Shown piece after piece: positions 59,690-64,000 of a DNA stretch of 64,000 bases. The translations under genes and the position numbers were made by a program. The DNA lies in the NCBI GenBank assembly GCA_025454755.1, contig JALONV010000001.1, positions 11,950 through 75,949 of the forward strand, read 5' to 3'. Within the stretch, counting starts at the first letter, position 1. Each line of letters begins with the position of its first letter. Source of the stretch: Bacteroidales bacterium. Lineage in GTDB: Bacteria; Bacteroidota; Bacteroidia; Bacteroidales; VadinHA17. The notes beneath the pieces are model-generated. The model made no database searches and was not told the DNA's origin. It worked only from the letters and a program-made list of their open reading frames with translations.

Positions 59690-59886
59690 ATCAATCTTCA
59701 CCAGGTCGATATTACTATCGAGCTTTTTTTACCTTTCAGGACGAAGTCAAACCTGAGGCAAATTCAAGAATTTCTACTTTCATTTTTAATATTTTCGTTG
59801 TTAAAATAACAATTTTAATTACACACCATAAAGCTTTTTGTATATTTGAATAAAGTTATATTAAGGTATATTAGACTATTCAGAAA

Positions 59887-61230
59887 ATGGCAAATCCCGT
59901 ATCATGGGCATTCAACCAGATTAAAAAGTGGAACGATGCAATATGGCACACGCCACTCTCCGAATTATCCAAAAGAAAAAGCTTTTTGATTAAGCAGGTC
60001 AGGATCATTGTTATTGCAGCCAGAGGATTTTTAAACGATAAAGTCCAGATACGTGCGGCTGCACTTACTCTCTATACCCTTCTCTCAATTATTCCCTTTG
60101 TAGCTATTGCACTTGCCATAGCCAAAGGTTTTGGGCTCGATCAGAACCTCGAATCAATAATAACCATGTCGAAGGAGTTCCAGTCTTACAGCGGAGTATT
60201 ACAGCCACTGCTTGAGAAAGCAAAAGAAACTGTACAATCTACGCGGGGAGGATATATCGCCGGAGTAGGTGTAATAATATTGTTCTGGTCTGTGATCTCA
60301 CTGCTTAATCAGATCGAAACTTCATTTAATCATATCTGGCAGATATCGAATCCGAGAGCATGGTACAGGAAGTTCACCGACTATCTGACAATCATGCTTA
60401 TTGCCCCCGTATTGCTGATCGTTTCAAGCAGTTTGACAGTCTTTGTTAGCACTGAACTGACTGAATTCATGGATAAAGCCCGGATCCTTACATTCTTTAA
60501 GCCGATAATAGGCTTCCTCATCAAATTGTCGCCATATCTTCTTACATGGATGATCCTGACTCTGATATTCATAATAATGCCAAATGCCAGGGTAAAATTC
60601 ATGCCGGCTCTTGTTTCAGGAATTATTACCGGAACAGTTATCCAGGTGCTTGGATGGCTCTATCTCGACCTTCAGTTCGGTATTACCAGGCTGAGTGCAA
60701 TCTACGGAGGTTTGGCTGCCATACCTCTGTTTATAATACTTCTCCAGACCAGTTGGCTGGTTATACTCCTGGGCGCAGAATTATCTTTCGCCAACCAGAA
60801 TATCTCACGGTACGAATTTGAATCGGGCGCACTTAATATAAGCCACTTTCAAAAACGCGCACTTGTGCTGATGATTATGCACATGATAATCAGGAATTTT
60901 AATATAGGCGAAAAACCGATAAGTGCGGAAAAAATCAGCAAATCATTAAAGATACCGGTACGCCTTGCACGAGATATACTGCAGGATTTGAGTAGTTCAA
61001 ACCTCGTTTCAATCATTCACGAGCATGAGAGTAAAGAAGAATTATACCAGCCGTCGCTCGATATTAATAAGCTCACAGTCACTTATGTCCTGTCCCGCCT
61101 CGAAAGGAAAGGAACAGATCAGAAAATAGTTGTCAGGCATGAGGAATACGGCAGGATAGTATCAATACTCGAAAAATTCGAGAAACTTTCAGTTAAATCA
61201 GATTCCAATATCCTTATTAAAGATCTGTAG
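59887..61230 (+). CDS. YihY/BrkB (virulence factor BrkB / former 'RNase BN') family membrane protein with a C-terminal soluble extension
   Basis: 'AAALTLYTLLSIIPFVAI', 'YGGLAAIPLFIILLQTSWLVILLGAELSFA' and a six-TM layout are typical of YihY proteins. Confidence 0.8.
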   Translation: MANPVSWAFNQIKKWNDAIWHTPLSELSKRKSFLIKQVRIIVIAARGFLNDKVQIRAAALTLYTLLSIIPFVAIALAIAKGFGLDQNLESIITMSKEFQSYSGVLQPLLEKAKETVQSTRGGYIAGVGVIILFWSVISLLNQIETSFNHIWQISNPRAWYRKFTDYLTIMLIAPVLLIVSSSLTVFVSTELTEFMDKARILTFFKPIIGFLIKLSPYLLTWMILTLIFIIMPNARVKFMPALVSGIITGTVIQVLGWLYLDLQFGITRLSAIYGGLAAIPLFIILLQTSWLVILLGAELSFANQNISRYEFESGALNISHFQKRALVLMIMHMIIRNFNIGEKPISAEKISKSLKIPVRLARDILQDLSSSNLVSIIHEHESKEELYQPSLDINKLTVTYVLSRLERKGTDQKIVVRHEEYGRIVSILEKFEKLSVKSDSNILIKDL

Positions 61231-61951
61231 CAACAGGGGTTGTTGCATCCTTTTTGGTATATGATCTTTTCTTTTTGTGGCTTTCGACAAATCTTATGAA
61301 TTCGCTGTATGATGCCCAGTTATGGAAGAAGTAATGCGGCATTGGGAGTGTGATATGGCGTGTAGCCTTTTGTTTCTTCCAGTACAGGTTCATGTTGTCT
61401 TTAGGGAATACGCGATCGATCTCGCTTGTGACTGCGTAATCCCACCTGAATCCTGGTTCCGACCGCTCCATCATTCTGTTATACATCCACCTGAGTTCAT
61501 CATGAAGTGATTTGATAGTGCGCTGAGGCACCTTATCCTTATTCAGCTCAAAGGTTTTTTTGTCGCCGAACATCCTCAGGTAGAATTTTTCAATGTTGAC
61601 TTCGGTAATATTATTGAGCGTACCTTCAAAAACGTGAAGAGGGATCCCATATTTGTCATCAGCCGGTATTGGAGTCCCGTTGACGGCAATTGTCACATCT
61701 GCCTTTATTCCTGTTTTAGGGGAGAGATATTCCGCTGCCCATACTCCAAGAGACCATCCGATTAAAACGATCTTCTTATATGTCTTCATTTCGGGAAGGA
61801 CAAGGGGTTCGTCGGCAGAATAGTTTGAAAAGAGAATAAAATCAAATTCATCATTGCAGAACGGTGCGAAGAAATTCTCGTCGGTACCCCATCCTCCGTA
61901 CATGACAACAAGCTGGTTGTTAATTTCTTTTCTCCTGATGTAGGTTTTCAT
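61217..61951 (-). CDS. DUF452 family alpha/beta hydrolase (BioG-like pimeloyl-ACP methyl ester esterase candidate)
   Basis: 'LVVMYGGWGTD', 'IVLIGWSLGVWAA' (nucleophile elbow GxSxG variant), 'AVNGTPIPADDKYGIP' and 'F..TL' resemble H. influenzae BioG as I recall it. No other bio genes are in the window. Confidence 0.6.
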   Translation of the reverse strand: MKTYIRRKEINNQLVVMYGGWGTDENFFAPFCNDEFDFILFSNYSADEPLVLPEMKTYKKIVLIGWSLGVWAAEYLSPKTGIKADVTIAVNGTPIPADDKYGIPLHVFEGTLNNITEVNIEKFYLRMFGDKKTFELNKDKVPQRTIKSLHDELRWMYNRMMERSEPGFRWDYAVTSEIDRVFPKDNMNLYWKKQKATRHITLPMPHYFFHNWASYSEFIRFVESHKKKRSYTKKDATTPVATDL

Positions 61952-62043
61952 TATACGGGCTGCTGAATTTTATGAAACAGAGGCAGATTCAGCAACAGAA
62001 TCACAAAGATAGTGTATTTATCGATTGGGTAACCACAAAAAAA

Positions 62044-62228
62044 ATAAGAGGAGAAAGGGTGGTTGTGAAAATCAGGGAGCGGGTTTTTTAATTCCCGTGT
62101 CTACTGTCTGATAAAAGGATGGAACCATGGTAAGCTGGCGCTATTCCTCAGGCTCCAGATGTGAAAGTCAATGTCTGCAATACAATCCTTTTGATTTTCA
62201 CTCCCAACCCTTACTCATCTCCTCTTAT
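62044..62228. repeat. 185-bp element bounded by long imperfect inverted repeats (structured RNA or MITE-like element; function unknown)
   Basis: The left arm is 62044-62074, 'ATAAGAGGAGAAAGGGTGGTTGTGAAAATCA'. The right arm is 62192-62228, whose reverse complement is 'ATAAGAGGAGATGAGTAAGGGTTGGGAGTGAAAATCA'. They pair in blocks of 11 bp, 6 bp and 12 of 14 bp. The element lies in a 421-bp intergenic region. Confidence 0.7.
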
Positions 62229-62337
62229 ACCAATAGCATGAGCTGGAAACAAATTTATTATAATAAAATCAAAACTGCAAATATTTCATGAAAAAAAATA
62301 TTAAATCATACTGCTTCGGAAATTGGTTAATTAAATG

Positions 62338-62345
62338 TAAATTTG
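62338..62345 (+). promoter_or_regulatory. TAnnTTTG -7-box-like motif upstream of the AraC-family gene
   Basis: 'TAAATTTG' lies 28 nt upstream of the ATG at 62373. No convincing -33 TTTG is seen at the expected spacing. Confidence 0.25.
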
Positions 62346-62372
62346 ATAGGCATCGAAAGCTGAATTATACCT

Positions 62373-63221
62373 ATGGTTGCCGAACTGGAACAGATATCAT
62401 ACAAGGATAACGGAGGGTTCGTTGCTGAATATATAAGCGATACGGGAGGATTATGGCACTTTCACCCGGAATATGAGATCGTCCTTAATATGAAAAGCAA
62501 TGGAACACGCATTATAGGTGATAGTGTGGAACTCTTCGACCAGTACGACATGGTGCTGATAGGCGGTAAAATACCTCATTCCTGGAATTACTACAAAACA
62601 GAAAAAGGGCTGCCCGAGAAACACGGGATCATGGTCCATTTCAGACAAGCATCGCTTGGAGATGCTCTTCTTGCCCAGCATGAGCTCCATTGCGTTCGCG
62701 ATCTGATGAACCAGGCTGAAAGAGGGATAGTATTTTCAGTGGATGATGCCCGGAAGGCGGAGAAACATCTGGCCCAGATGGTCAGCAATACCGGGATTGA
62801 TAAAATGATTGATTTTTTCAATATCCTCCGAATCATGTGCAGCTCCGAGAAGAAAGCACTGCTCTGTTCAGAAAACTACAAACAGGCTTATGATGAAAGA
62901 GGGAACAAGAGGATGGCAGAGGTATACACTTATATAAAGGAAAACTATTTCAAGCCTGTGACTCTTGAAAAAATATCCAAGATAGCCCACATGAGCCCGT
63001 TTGCCTTCAGCCGTTTCTTCAAGAAAAACTGTGGCGCCGGATTTGTCGAATACCTTAACCGTGTCAGAACCAACAAAGCCTGCTATCTTCTGCGCGAAAC
63101 TGATTACCAGGTCCACAACATAGCTGTAGAATGCGGTTTTGGCAGTATCTCGAATTTCAACAAGCAATTCCGTAAAACTGAGGGCATTTCTCCGCGTGAC
63201 TACAGGGCTCAGTTTAAGTAA
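62373..63221 (+). CDS. AraC family transcriptional regulator (cupin-like N-domain + HTH_18)
   Basis: The C-terminal dual HTH is 'LEKISKIAHMSPFAFSRFFKKNCG...FVEYLNRVRTNKACYLL...NIAVECGFGSISNFNKQFRKTEGISPRDYR'. Confidence 0.9.
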   Translation: MVAELEQISYKDNGGFVAEYISDTGGLWHFHPEYEIVLNMKSNGTRIIGDSVELFDQYDMVLIGGKIPHSWNYYKTEKGLPEKHGIMVHFRQASLGDALLAQHELHCVRDLMNQAERGIVFSVDDARKAEKHLAQMVSNTGIDKMIDFFNILRIMCSSEKKALLCSENYKQAYDERGNKRMAEVYTYIKENYFKPVTLEKISKIAHMSPFAFSRFFKKNCGAGFVEYLNRVRTNKACYLLRETDYQVHNIAVECGFGSISNFNKQFRKTEGISPRDYRAQFK

Positions 63222-63301
63222 TAATCCTGTAACATACTTAAGAATCAGCAACCAGAAACCAGTAACATTGCTTATTTATTTCTGCAACTAATATTCAAAC
63301 T

Positions 63302-64000
63302 ATGGCCATGACACTTCTTGAAAAAATACTTGCCTCACATTCAAAATTCGATTCCGTTAAACCAGGTCAAATTGTGGATATTGATATTGATGTCCGTGCG
63401 GCACGAGATTTCGGAGGCGCAAATGTTGTGAAAAATATCAGGGATCATGGGCTTTCTGTTGCAGATCCCGGAAAGACGCTTTTTACTTTCGACTGCAATC
63501 CTACCGGATCGGATCAGAAATATGCCGTAAACCAGCATGCCTGCCGCTTATTTGCACGTGAAAACGGAATAAATGTATATGATATTGACGCTGGCATAGG
63601 AACCCATATCATGATTGACCTGGGTTATGTTGTCCCTGGCTCAACAGCAGTGTCTACTGACTCTCATGCTAACATACTTGGCGCTGTTGGCTCTTTTGGA
63701 CAGGGAATGGGAGACATGGACATCGCTGCGGCCTGGAATTCAGGGAAGATCTGGTTCAAAGTGCCGCCATCTGTAAGGATTAATTGTTCAGGTGAAATCA
63801 GCAGGGATTTATCCGCAAAAGATTTTGTGCTCAATCTGCTCGGTAAATTTGGCGCAAATACCCTTCTCGGGTATTCAATTGAACTATATGGCAATTGCAT
63901 CGATAAAATGACTCTTGATGAGAGAATTACAGTTTCATCGATGGCAACTGAAATGGGAGCCATTATAATACTCTTCCCTCCTTCAGAGGAAGTGATCCTG
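63302..64000 (+). CDS. Aconitase-family dehydratase large subunit (3-isopropylmalate / homoaconitate dehydratase LeuC-like); 3' end outside the window
   Basis: Translated by hand; the reading frame stays open to the window end and is not in the track. 'MTLLEKILASHS', 'GTHIMIDLGYVVPGSTAVSTDSHANILGAVGSFGQGMGDMDIAAAW' and 'DERITVSSMATEMGA' match aconitase-family large subunits. Confidence 0.8.
   Translation, partial: MAMTLLEKILASHSKFDSVKPGQIVDIDIDVRAARDFGGANVVKNIRDHGLSVADPGKTLFTFDCNPTGSDQKYAVNQHACRLFARENGINVYDIDAGIGTHIMIDLGYVVPGSTAVSTDSHANILGAVGSFGQGMGDMDIAAAWNSGKIWFKVPPSVRINCSGEISRDLSAKDFVLNLLGKFGANTLLGYSIELYGNCIDKMTLDERITVSSMATEMGAIIILFPPSEEVIL

Noticed and set aside
62044-62228. Assignment of the inverted-repeat element to a known RNA class (tRNA, tmRNA, RNase P, SRP RNA, 6S RNA).
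   Set aside because: I could find none of the conserved motifs of these RNAs. Hand folding of the interior did not give the rod-with-central-bubble shape of 6S RNA. I kept it only as an unclassified repeat or structured element.
62288-62410. 40-aa plus-strand ORF (MKKNIKSYCFGNWLIKCKF...) overlapping the AraC-family gene start.
   Set aside because: No leader-like or other motif. It overlaps the AraC coding start in a different frame and sits in very AT-rich sequence where short ORFs arise by chance.

Overview
Low-GC chromosomal segment with Bacteroidota hallmarks: DUF4293 and DUF349 proteins, an OmpA/TPR/PD40 protein, a TonB-dependent receptor operon, and TAnnTTTG -7-like boxes. The taxon call is inference. 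Layout: (i) nt 1-20.1 kb is a co-directional surface-polysaccharide (O-antigen/capsule type) operon. It holds several glycosyltransferases, two methyltransferases, an FdtA/FdtB-like pair, a WbpB/WbpE-like pair, an SDR epimerase, a WecA/WbpL-type initiating transferase, a Wzx flippase and two Wzy/WaaL-family proteins, followed by a convergent Wzz-like gene. (ii) 20.2-36 kb is housekeeping: nucleoside phosphorylase, a TolC-RND-MFP efflux operon, pyrBI, yigZ, a GroES-like gene, a stand-alone receiver, a DUF1343/NamZ-like gene, a 5'-nucleotidase, queE and an OmpA-family protein. (iii) 36.1-44.7 kb is the most interesting part. A 45-codon double-glycine-leader peptide gene (37925..38062, minus strand) is absent from the ORF track. 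Around it lie a membrane TPR protein, a sensor-less histidine kinase, a 1000-aa TPR-CHAT protease-like protein, a sigma-70-family factor, a C39-peptidase ABC exporter and an internally shortened HlyD-like adaptor. I read this as a candidate peptide-signalling / protease-sigma module; that is a hypothesis, not a demonstrated system. (iv) 45-64 kb is housekeeping: DUF349, pyrG, yidC, a LacI regulator, a cobalamin riboswitch with a btuB-like/ABC uptake operon, a thioredoxin-like protein, a GT2, YihY, a BioG-like esterase, an AraC regulator and a partial aconitase-family dehydratase. This part also holds a 185-bp element bounded by long inverted repeats in an unusually long intergenic region. I recognised no rRNA, tRNA, CRISPR array, transposase or integrase. 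All family calls rest on motif recognition by eye. No database search was run.
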